Source of the DNA: Pseudomonas aeruginosa
GTDB lineage: Bacteria > Pseudomonadota > Gammaproteobacteria > Pseudomonadales > Pseudomonadaceae
Length of the DNA stretch: 32,000 nucleotides
Direction: 5' to 3'
Assembly (NCBI RefSeq): GCF_001457615.1
Contig: NZ_LN831024.1
Location: forward strand, 4,170,001-4,202,000
Below the pieces are notes generated by a model. The model made no database searches, was not told the DNA's origin, and was given only the letters and a program-made list of their open reading frames with translations. The translations under genes were made by a program, and so were the position numbers. This document shows, in pieces, positions 17,285 to 24,682 of this stretch (the stretch's first letter is position 1; each line of letters begins with the position of its first letter).

Positions 17285-17597
17285 AAACCTCCGGCCGGTG
17301 CCGACGCACCCGGCCGGGACGGCTGGCCAACGCAACGCCAGCGAGCGCCCGACACCGCAGACCAGCATCGACGGCGCCGGGCGCGCTTGCGGCAGCAACC
17401 ATTCAAACGATGAATGACGCCGCAGAATCCTCTGTGATGATCGCCGCGCCAGCCGGACCTCCGCGCCTCGCCGCAGCGGCCAGGCCCCCCGACACCACTT
17501 GTCCGTGCTACCCCCGGCAGGCGTAGCCGCGGCCGCCTGCCTCGGCAAAAAGCCATCAGCCGGCACGCTTCGACGCCCCTCATGGCGCCCTTTCGCC

Positions 17598-17617
17598 AAC
17601 TACCAATTCTCATAGTT
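17598..17617 (+). promoter_or_regulatory. las/rhl-box-like 20-bp dyad (LuxR-type activator site) upstream of the biosynthetic operon
   Basis: AACTACCAATTCTCATAGTT fits the CT-N12-AG dyad, with palindromic ends AACTA/TAGTT. It is immediately followed by an AT-rich stretch with -10-like hexamers (TATCTT, TATTTT, TAAATA at about 17633-17648), at the spacing expected for a class II activator site centred near -42. Confidence 0.5.
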
Positions 17618-17714
17618 GTGAGGGGAAATTTGTATCTTATTTTAAATACCCACGAAACATATAAAAACACACACAGCGAAACACTTCGGAAAACCAACGC
17701 AAGGTGGAAGTGCA

Positions 17715-17786
17715 ATGCGTGACCGTGAATCCATTCTCATCGCTTTTCTCTCTTTCCTGACGATAAGACTGCATGGCAGCAGTTGA
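17715..17786 (+). CDS. Candidate 23-aa leader sORF (MRDRESILIAFLSFLTIRLHGSS); speculative
   Basis: The ATG at 17715 lies 7 nt downstream of a good SD, AAGGTGG (17701-17707). Hydrophobic core, with stop TGA at 17784-17786. Codons are AT3-rich and atypical for the host. Too short for the ORF track. Confidence 0.2.
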   Translation: MRDRESILIAFLSFLTIRLHGSS

Positions 17787-17833
17787 CTGCCCTTGAGTCG
17801 ACGGCACTCCGTATTTCCATAACGGTTTTTCCG

Positions 17834-17924
17834 GGCAAGGCGCCTCGACGCTTGCCGCTCGCGTGAGCGAGCCGGTGGGCGGCGGACGACTGGCAGAGCC
17901 CGGGAAGACTCGGTCGCCGTCTTC
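17834..17924 (+). promoter_or_regulatory. Three consecutive perfect 6-bp stem-loops in the operon leader
   Basis: GGCAAG (17834-17839) pairs with CTTGCC (17851-17856). GCTCGC-GTGA-GCGAGC (17857-17872) carries a GNRA-type tetraloop. GAAGAC (17904-17909) pairs with GTCTTC (17919-17924). All lie 40-130 nt upstream of the first gene. Confidence 0.3.
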
Positions 17925-17967
17925 GCGAAAAACCAAAAATCCTTCATTTAGCCGAAGAAGCCGGCAG

Positions 17968-19824
17968 ATGGACTCATTTTTTCGAAAAAAGGCGATTGCC
18001 AGAATGTCCCAGAACTCCCTGCTCGACCTGTACGCGCACCCGACGGTGGTGGCCCGCTTCAGCGAAATGGCAGCGCTTCATCCCCATCGCGAAGCCATCA
18101 GGGACCGTTTCGGAAGTGTCGACTATCGGCAACTCCTGGATAGCGCCGAACAACTTTCAGACTATCTTCTCGAGCATTATCCGCAGCCGGGAGTTTGTCT
18201 TGGAGTGTACGGCGAATATTCTCGGGAAAGCATTACCTGCCTGCTCGCCATACTGTTATCCGGCCATCACTACTTATATATAGACCTGAAACAACCGGCG
18301 GCCTGGAATGCAGAGTTGTGCCGGCAGGTCGACTGCCGCCTGATCCTCGACTGCTCGACCACGCCGACGCCCGCCAACGGTCTTCCCTGCGTCCCGGTCA
18401 GGCACCTGCCTGCCGCTCCAGCCTCGGTCGCCCGGCCATGCTTCGCGGCGGACCAGATCGCCTACATCAACTTCTCCTCGGGCACCACCGGCCGCCCGAA
18501 AGCCATCGCCTGCACCCACGCCGGCATTACCCGCCTGTGCCTGGGCCAGTCGTTCCTCGCGTTCGCTCCGCAGATGCGCTTCCTGGTGAACTCGCCGCTG
18601 TCCTTCGATGCGGCGACCCTGGAGATCTGGGGTGCGCTGCTCAACGGCGGCTGCTGCGTGCTGAACGACCTCGGCCCCCTCGACCCGGGCGTGCTGCGCC
18701 AGTTGATCGGAGAGCGCGGAGCCGACAGCGCCTGGCTCACCGCCTCGCTGTTCAACACCCTGGTGGACCTCGACCCGGACTGTCTCGGCGGCCTTCGCCA
18801 GTTGCTCACCGGCGGCGACATCCTCTCGGTGCCGCACGTGCGCCGGGCGCTGCTGCGGCATCCGCGACTGCACCTGGTGAATGGCTACGGACCGACGGAG
18901 AACACCACCTTCACCTGCTGCCATGTCGTCACCGACGACGACCTCGAGGAAGACGACATCCCCATCGGCAAGGCCATCGCCGGCACCGCGGTGCTCCTGC
19001 TCGACGAGCACGGACAGGAGATCACCGAGCCCGACCGGGCCGGGGAGATCGTCGCCTTCGGCGCCGGCCTGGCGCAGGGTTATCGGAACGATGCGGCGCG
19101 CACCCGCGCCAGCTTCGTCGAGTTGCCCTATCGCGGCCGCCTCCTGCGTGCCTACCGTACCGGCGACCGCGCTCGCTACGACGAGCAGGGCCGGCTGCGC
19201 TTCATCGGCCGCGGCGATGGCCAGGTCAAGCTGAACGGCTATCGCCTCGACCTCCCCGCCCTGGAACAGCGCTTGCGCCGCCAGCCGGGCATCCTCGACT
19301 GCGCCCTGCTGGTCCGCGAGCGCAACGGCGTCAAGCAACTGCTCTGCGCCTGGACGGGAAAAGCCGACACCAGCCCGCAGGCCCTGCTCCGCCAACTGCC
19401 CACCTGGCAGCGCCCGCATGCCTGCGTCCGGGTCGAGGCCTTGCCCTTGACGGCGCACGGCAAGCTGGACCGCGCCGCCCTGCTGCGCCGCCTGGAAGAA
19501 CCGCTGGAGCGCTGCGCCAGCGCGCTCGATCCCGACCAACGCGGCTGCGCGCAGCTGTGGAGCGAATTGCTGGGTTGCGAGGTCGGCGCCGCCGACCAGG
19601 ATTTCTTCCTCTGCGGCGGCAACTCGTTGCTCGCCCTGCAACTGGTCGCCCTCTGTCAATCGGCGGGTGCGGGAGCAAACCTGGGACTCGCCGACTTGCA
19701 GGCAAACTCGCACCTCGACCAGTTCAGCCGTCTCCTGCGCAGCCACGGCCTGGCGCCGGAGCGTCTGCTGGAACGGGCGGCGACGCCGGAGCAGCCGCTG
19801 GTGCTGTCGAGGAGCGCGGCATGA
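17968..19824 (+). CDS. Nonribosomal peptide synthetase, adenylation-PCP didomain (618 aa; 606 aa if the ATG at 18004 is used)
   Basis: Lies within ORF 17863..19824. A-domain core motifs YINFSSGTTGRPKA, NGYGPTENTT, YRTGDRARY, GRGDGQVKLNGYRL and HGKLDRAAL. The carrier motif is FFLCGGNSLLALQL. From memory it resembles the structurally characterised PA1221 A-PCP protein. Confidence 0.9.
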   Translation: MDSFFRKKAIARMSQNSLLDLYAHPTVVARFSEMAALHPHREAIRDRFGSVDYRQLLDSAEQLSDYLLEHYPQPGVCLGVYGEYSRESITCLLAILLSGHHYLYIDLKQPAAWNAELCRQVDCRLILDCSTTPTPANGLPCVPVRHLPAAPASVARPCFAADQIAYINFSSGTTGRPKAIACTHAGITRLCLGQSFLAFAPQMRFLVNSPLSFDAATLEIWGALLNGGCCVLNDLGPLDPGVLRQLIGERGADSAWLTASLFNTLVDLDPDCLGGLRQLLTGGDILSVPHVRRALLRHPRLHLVNGYGPTENTTFTCCHVVTDDDLEEDDIPIGKAIAGTAVLLLDEHGQEITEPDRAGEIVAFGAGLAQGYRNDAARTRASFVELPYRGRLLRAYRTGDRARYDEQGRLRFIGRGDGQVKLNGYRLDLPALEQRLRRQPGILDCALLVRERNGVKQLLCAWTGKADTSPQALLRQLPTWQRPHACVRVEALPLTAHGKLDRAALLRRLEEPLERCASALDPDQRGCAQLWSELLGCEVGAADQDFFLCGGNSLLALQLVALCQSAGAGANLGLADLQANSHLDQFSRLLRSHGLAPERLLERAATPEQPLVLSRSAA

Positions 19825-21083
19825 ACGTCGGTCTCTCCGCGGAGGTGCGCTACCACTGGTTCCGCGAGCACCTGGTGGTGGTCGGCGATTGGCACCGCCT
19901 GTCCCCCTCCGAGCGCGACCGCCTGCGGCACCAACCGATGCCGGATGAGGCCGCACAGTCCTTGCGCGTCGACCTGTCGCCCTGGTCCTGCGGGATGGTC
20001 TTCAGCGAGCTGCTCGGCGCCGACCTGACCCGCTTCGGCCTCTGCTACCTGGCTCCGGCCGAGGTGCCGGCATCCGACCTGACGCGCCTGGGACGGCGCC
20101 TGCGCGAAGAGTTCCCGTTGCTCGACAGCCAGGTGGACAGCGGCGCGGAAGGTTTCGAACTGGTCGTCCACGGGCGGCCCGAGGACAGCCCGGCGCTGGA
20201 AGTCGGCCCCTTCGCCGACGAAAACGCGCTCATCGCAGCGCTGCTGCAACGCCCGCATTCCCTGTTCGAGCGCGGCCTGCTGCGACTGTTCCACGGGCGC
20301 TGCGGAGGACGTGCGCGCTGGGGCGTCTGGCTGCATCACCTGGTCGCCGACGCCGACTTCGCCAGCGTGCTGCTGGCCCGCCTGGCCGTGCTCAACGCCG
20401 ACCCCACGACCGAAGCGGCGGCCCCCGAGTTCGGCTTCCTCCAGCAGCAATGGCGCCTGGAGCGCCAGCTGCGCGAGCGCAGGACCAGGCTGGAAGACTA
20501 CTGGAGCGAGCGCGGCGAGGCGTTCCGCGAACTGGCGAGCCTGCCCTGGGCGGAGCGCGCCAGACATTGCGAGGATTTCCGCTTGGCCGCCACGCCAGGA
20601 GGCGGCGAAGCCGCCCTGCTGACCCGGCTCGCCTGCGCCCTGGCTCTCGCCCTGGCCAGCCAGGGCGCCACCGGCAAGGTCCTGGCGCTGACCCCGGTCA
20701 GCCTGCGCAGTCGCCGAGGCACGGCGGTTTCCGGTTGCTGGCTGAACCTGGTGCCGCTGTTGCTGGACGCCGCGACCGCCGAGGACACCTTCGAACGACA
20801 CAGGCTCGAGGCCTTCGAGCACAGCCTGCTGCCGGCGGAGGCCATCGCCGAACGGGCCGGGCTGCGCTATGCCGACGCCCAGGTGATGATCAATGTCATC
20901 GACCAGCCATTCCGCAGCGCCGGGTTCATCCACCGGCCGACACTGAAGAGCCGCCTGCCGCTGACCCTGACCCTGGTCCGGCGCGACGACGGCGGCTGGG
21001 ACGCCAGCCTGGCCAGCCGCTTCGGCCGCGAACGGACCCTGGCGCTGGCGGCGGCCATGGCCGAGGCGCTACGCCCATGCTGA
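19821..21083 (+). CDS. Free-standing NRPS condensation-domain protein (420 aa)
   Basis: Lies within ORF 18195..21083. ATG 19821 overlaps the upstream stop (ATGA). Contains WLHHLVADADF, which is the HHxxxD(G) catalytic motif with G replaced by A. The length matches a single C domain. Confidence 0.75.
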   Translation: MNVGLSAEVRYHWFREHLVVVGDWHRLSPSERDRLRHQPMPDEAAQSLRVDLSPWSCGMVFSELLGADLTRFGLCYLAPAEVPASDLTRLGRRLREEFPLLDSQVDSGAEGFELVVHGRPEDSPALEVGPFADENALIAALLQRPHSLFERGLLRLFHGRCGGRARWGVWLHHLVADADFASVLLARLAVLNADPTTEAAAPEFGFLQQQWRLERQLRERRTRLEDYWSERGEAFRELASLPWAERARHCEDFRLAATPGGGEAALLTRLACALALALASQGATGKVLALTPVSLRSRRGTAVSGCWLNLVPLLLDAATAEDTFERHRLEAFEHSLLPAEAIAERAGLRYADAQVMINVIDQPFRSAGFIHRPTLKSRLPLTLTLVRRDDGGWDASLASRFGRERTLALAAAMAEALRPC

Positions 21084-21691
21084 TCCTGCTGCCTGACTTC
21101 ATCGGCCACCCGAGCTGCTTCCGCGGGCTGCTGGCACGCCTCGGCGCAACGGACTGCCGGCTGGTCGACTACCACCGGCTGGATGCCTACGCCAGCATCG
21201 AAGCCCTCGCCAGCCAGGTACTCGACGGCCTGGCGGAAGAACCGGACTGGCTGATCGGCTATTCCTTCGGCGGCCTGGTCGGCTACGAGATGACCCGCCA
21301 GTTGCCGGCCAGCCGCCTGCTGATGATCGACAGCCACCTGCCCTGGCCGGCCCTGCGGCGAATGCCGCCGAGCGAGCAATACCAGCGCTGGCTGAGCGCC
21401 GAGATGCGCGAATGGATCGCCCTGATGAGCGAGCTTGGCGAACTGCGCGAAGAGGTCCTGCTGCGCAATGTCGAGCTGTTCGGCCGCTGGCAGCCCCGCC
21501 ATCGCCTCGCCCGCGCCAGCTGGGTGCGTTGCCGGGACGACGCCGGCCGCGACCCGGCCGCCGAACGCTGGTGCGACCTGATCGAGCGGCTCGACACCTT
21601 CCCCTGCGAGCGTCCGCACCACCTGGCCCTGCAGGACCCGGCGGTGATCGATTTCATCGTCCACACCGTCAGCAAGGAGTCCGTCCAATGA
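21077..21691 (+). CDS. Type II thioesterase / alpha/beta hydrolase (204 aa)
   Basis: Lies within ORF 20450..21691. ATG 21077 overlaps the upstream gene by 7 nt. GYSFGG nucleophile elbow. Its size and context match an NRPS editing or releasing thioesterase. Confidence 0.8.
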   Translation: MLILLPDFIGHPSCFRGLLARLGATDCRLVDYHRLDAYASIEALASQVLDGLAEEPDWLIGYSFGGLVGYEMTRQLPASRLLMIDSHLPWPALRRMPPSEQYQRWLSAEMREWIALMSELGELREEVLLRNVELFGRWQPRHRLARASWVRCRDDAGRDPAAERWCDLIERLDTFPCERPHHLALQDPAVIDFIVHTVSKESVQ

Positions 21692-22566
21692 AACACTATC
21701 GGCAGGTGGTATCCCCGCAATTGCGCCAACAGGCGCTGGACTGGATCCTCGCCGCGGCGCAGCGGCCGGACCCGGCGCTGGAACCGGAATTCGACATCGC
21801 CGACGACGAGCGCCGCGAGGCGAAGAAGGTGCGCAACCTGCACCGCCACGACCCGCTCTTCTGGGACGACTGGTTCGCCCGCTCCGGGCTCGACGCGCTG
21901 GTCCGCGACCATCTGCGCAAGCCGCGCCTGCTGCGCCACGCGGCGTTCATCAAGCGCCACGCCGACGAGTCCTACATCCCGCTGCACCAGGACATCGCGC
22001 TATGGGAGAAGCGCTACGAAAGCGCGCAGACCTTCTGGGTCGCCCTGACCCCGTCGCGGAACGACAACGGTGGGATGTTCTATTACCCCGACGACCGCAC
22101 CATCTTCCCCCACGAGTTCGACCTCGCCTACCCGATGTTCAAGTGCATCGACCTCCAGGCCAACGGCATTTCCCGCGAGCAACTGGTGGATGCCGAGCTG
22201 GACGCCGGCGATGTCCTGGTCTGGCCCGCCCGCACCGCACATGGCAGCCACAACAACCGCAGCGGCCAGCTGCGCATCGGCATGCCGATCGTCTTCGTCG
22301 AGGACGACGAATTCCACCAACTGAATCGAGAGGACAGCATGAAAACCTGGATCGCTTCCAACCTGAAAAGCGTGTTCCCGGACGAGGCAATCACCGAGGA
22401 CAACCTCGACCACTATCTTCCGCAGCTGTGCGACTACTCGCTGAAGATGGTCACCTTCCTCGCCCGTTTCTCCCGCCAGTTCGGTCATGCGCCGAAGATC
22501 CACGACTTCATCAGGGAGCCGCGGCTGGCGACGCTGTCGGCCTCGGACGCGGGAGCGAGACGATGA
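21688..22566 (+). CDS. PhyH-family Fe(II)/2-oxoglutarate dioxygenase with C-terminal carrier-protein-like domain (292 aa)
   Basis: Lies within ORF 21412..22566. ATG 21688 overlaps the upstream stop (ATGA). HxD facial-triad motif (IPLHQDIALW) and distal His (ARTAHGSHNN). The last 75 aa (22339-22563) read like an ACP/PCP: ...NLDHYLPQLCDYSLKMVTFLARFSRQFGHAPKIHDFIREPRLATL. Confidence 0.75.
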   Translation: MKHYRQVVSPQLRQQALDWILAAAQRPDPALEPEFDIADDERREAKKVRNLHRHDPLFWDDWFARSGLDALVRDHLRKPRLLRHAAFIKRHADESYIPLHQDIALWEKRYESAQTFWVALTPSRNDNGGMFYYPDDRTIFPHEFDLAYPMFKCIDLQANGISREQLVDAELDAGDVLVWPARTAHGSHNNRSGQLRIGMPIVFVEDDEFHQLNREDSMKTWIASNLKSVFPDEAITEDNLDHYLPQLCDYSLKMVTFLARFSRQFGHAPKIHDFIREPRLATLSASDAGARR

Positions 22567-23930
22567 TCCGGGTCATCGACTGCACCCTGCGCGAGGGGTG
22601 CCAGGCCCGCCAGTGCAGCTTCGACAGCGCGCAGTCGGTCCAGCTGGCGAGGGAAATCGCGGCGCTGGGGGTGGATATGATCGAGTGCGGCCACCCGCGG
22701 ATTTCCGCGGACGAACGCGAGCGGGTACGCGCCGTGGTGGCGGCGGTTTCCACGCCGGTGCTGGCCCACGCCCGGGCGCGCCGGGAGGATATCGACGCGG
22801 TGCTGGAAACCGGTGCCCAGTGGGTCGGGCTGTTCGCCTCGATCAACGCGATCTCGCTGGAAACCAAGTTCAAGGGCATGAACCGCGAGGAGGTGCTCGA
22901 ACTGTTCCACGACGCGATCCGCTACGCCCGCGAACGCGGCCTGCGGGTCCGGGCCACGGTGGAAGACGCCGCGCGCACCTCGGTCAGCGACCTGGTCAGC
23001 ATGATCGCCACCGCGCGCGACGCCGGCGCCGATCGCATCTGCTTCGCCGACAGCGTCGGCATCCTGCTGCCGGACGAGACCTTCGACGTGCTCTCGCTGC
23101 TGCGCCACGAGTTCCCCGACGTGGTCTTCGAGTACCACGTGCACAACGACCGCGGCCTGGCCCTGGGCAACACCCTGGCGGCGATCCAGGCCGGGGTCCA
23201 GTGGCACTCGGCGAGCTGCAACGGGATCGGCGAACGCGCCGGGATCACCGACACCTTCCAGTTGCTGACCCTGCTGCATACCAAGTTCGCCGCCGACCGC
23301 TTCAACCTGAAGAACGTCCTCGCGGTCTCCGAGCTGGTCGAGGCGCACAGCCGGATCAAGCGTTCACCGATGCACCCGGTGGTCGGCGAGAACGCCTTCG
23401 TCCATGTCGCCCGCCTGCACCAGTTGGCCATGCAGGAAAACCAGGACGCCTACAGCGCCTTCGATCCGGAACTGATCAACGGCCGCGTCTCGCTGCAACG
23501 CTACACGCCGATGCACCGCCAATCCCTGTTCCTCACGCCTTTCGAGAAATCCGCCAGCGAACTGAAGTACCACCGCCACGGCCCCGGCAAGCGCTTCGTC
23601 ATGCTCGACCGGCGCCTGCTCGACGGCTCGCCGTTCTACTTCATCGCCCGCCAGTTCCACGACGTCGGCGACGGCGGGCCGGGCCACGTCGACAGCCACG
23701 TGCACAACTGCGACTCGGTGTTCCTGTTCCTCGGCAGCGACGAGGACTACCGCGGCCTGGAGGTGGAAGTCCTGCTCGGCGGCCAACTGCGCCGTTTGCA
23801 GAGCCCGGCCAGCGTGTTCATCCCCGCCGGCGTCGAGCACAGCTACCGCTACCTCGGCGGCAGCGGCACCTACATCAATTTCGTCCACAAGGGCGATTAC
23901 CACGAGAGCCTACTGGAGATTACCCAATGA
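22563..23930 (+). CDS. HMGL-like (2-isopropylmalate/homocitrate/citramalate synthase family) aldolase fused to a C-terminal cupin domain (455 aa)
   Basis: Lies within ORF 22002..23930. ATG 22563 overlaps the upstream stop (ATGA). Catalytic motifs are IDCTLREG and YHVHNDRGLALGNTLAAIQAG. The C-terminus (about 23570-23927) has cupin motifs GHVDSHVHNCDSVFLFLG and IPAGVEHSY. Confidence 0.85.
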   Translation: MIRVIDCTLREGCQARQCSFDSAQSVQLAREIAALGVDMIECGHPRISADERERVRAVVAAVSTPVLAHARARREDIDAVLETGAQWVGLFASINAISLETKFKGMNREEVLELFHDAIRYARERGLRVRATVEDAARTSVSDLVSMIATARDAGADRICFADSVGILLPDETFDVLSLLRHEFPDVVFEYHVHNDRGLALGNTLAAIQAGVQWHSASCNGIGERAGITDTFQLLTLLHTKFAADRFNLKNVLAVSELVEAHSRIKRSPMHPVVGENAFVHVARLHQLAMQENQDAYSAFDPELINGRVSLQRYTPMHRQSLFLTPFEKSASELKYHRHGPGKRFVMLDRRLLDGSPFYFIARQFHDVGDGGPGHVDSHVHNCDSVFLFLGSDEDYRGLEVEVLLGGQLRRLQSPASVFIPAGVEHSYRYLGGSGTYINFVHKGDYHESLLEITQ

Positions 23931-24673
23931 AGCAGTTCGACAAGCACGCAGACGCCTACAACGTGGTCCGCGGCAAGATCGCCTATCCGGATTCGCTCTA
24001 CCGCAACCTCGCCGAACGCGCCCCGGCACGCGAAGCGGCGCTGGACATCGGCTGCGGCAACGGCGTCTCGACCGTCCGCCTGCAACCCTGGTTCCGCTAC
24101 GTGGAAGGCAGCGACCTGGGCGAGGCGCTGATCGCCAAGGCCCGCGAGAACTACCCGGAGATCCGCTTCAGCGTGTCGCCGGCGGAAACCTTCGCGCCGC
24201 AACGCCGCTTCGACCTGGTCACCAGCGCCACCTCCTTCTACTGGATGGACCGCAAGCAGGTGCTGACGCGCATGGCCGACTGGCTGACCCCCGGCGGGCT
24301 GTTCTGCGCCTACAAGTACGACTTCCCGATCGCCTACGGGCCGCTGCGCGACTTCATCGAGCACGAACTGGTGAACAAGTGGGCCAAACACCGTGATCCG
24401 CGCCTGACCCGCTATGACGACACCCTGGAGATCATGGGCAGTTGCCCGCACCTGCGCGACTGCCGCCGCGAAGTGTTCGCCAACATCATCTTCCTCAGCC
24501 CGGAGGAGGTCGCGCTGTTCTTCCTCTCCACCAGCTACGTGACCCGCTACATCGAGCAGGAAGGCGGCGAAGACTACGCCGACCGCTTCATCGCCGCGGT
24601 GCGCGAGATCGAGAGCGCGCCGCAGGTGGCGGTGAACTTCGACATCCACGCCTTCACCGCGCTGAATCGCTGA
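23927..24673 (+). CDS. Class I SAM-dependent methyltransferase (248 aa)
   Basis: Lies within ORF 22487..24673. ATG 23927 overlaps the upstream stop (ATGA). Motif I is ALDIGCGNGVST. Confidence 0.85.
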   Translation: MKQFDKHADAYNVVRGKIAYPDSLYRNLAERAPAREAALDIGCGNGVSTVRLQPWFRYVEGSDLGEALIAKARENYPEIRFSVSPAETFAPQRRFDLVTSATSFYWMDRKQVLTRMADWLTPGGLFCAYKYDFPIAYGPLRDFIEHELVNKWAKHRDPRLTRYDDTLEIMGSCPHLRDCRREVFANIIFLSPEEVALFFLSTSYVTRYIEQEGGEDYADRFIAAVREIESAPQVAVNFDIHAFTALNR

Positions 24674-24682
24674 GGAGCCGGC

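Noticed and set aside
17249-17599. 116-aa reverse-strand ORF, plus the 91-aa forward ORF 17251..17526, in the mltA-NRPS spacer.
   Set aside because: Both have Arg/Ala/Gly-rich composition, no SD, and no recognisable motifs. They overlap the mltA 3' end. These are probably GC artefacts.
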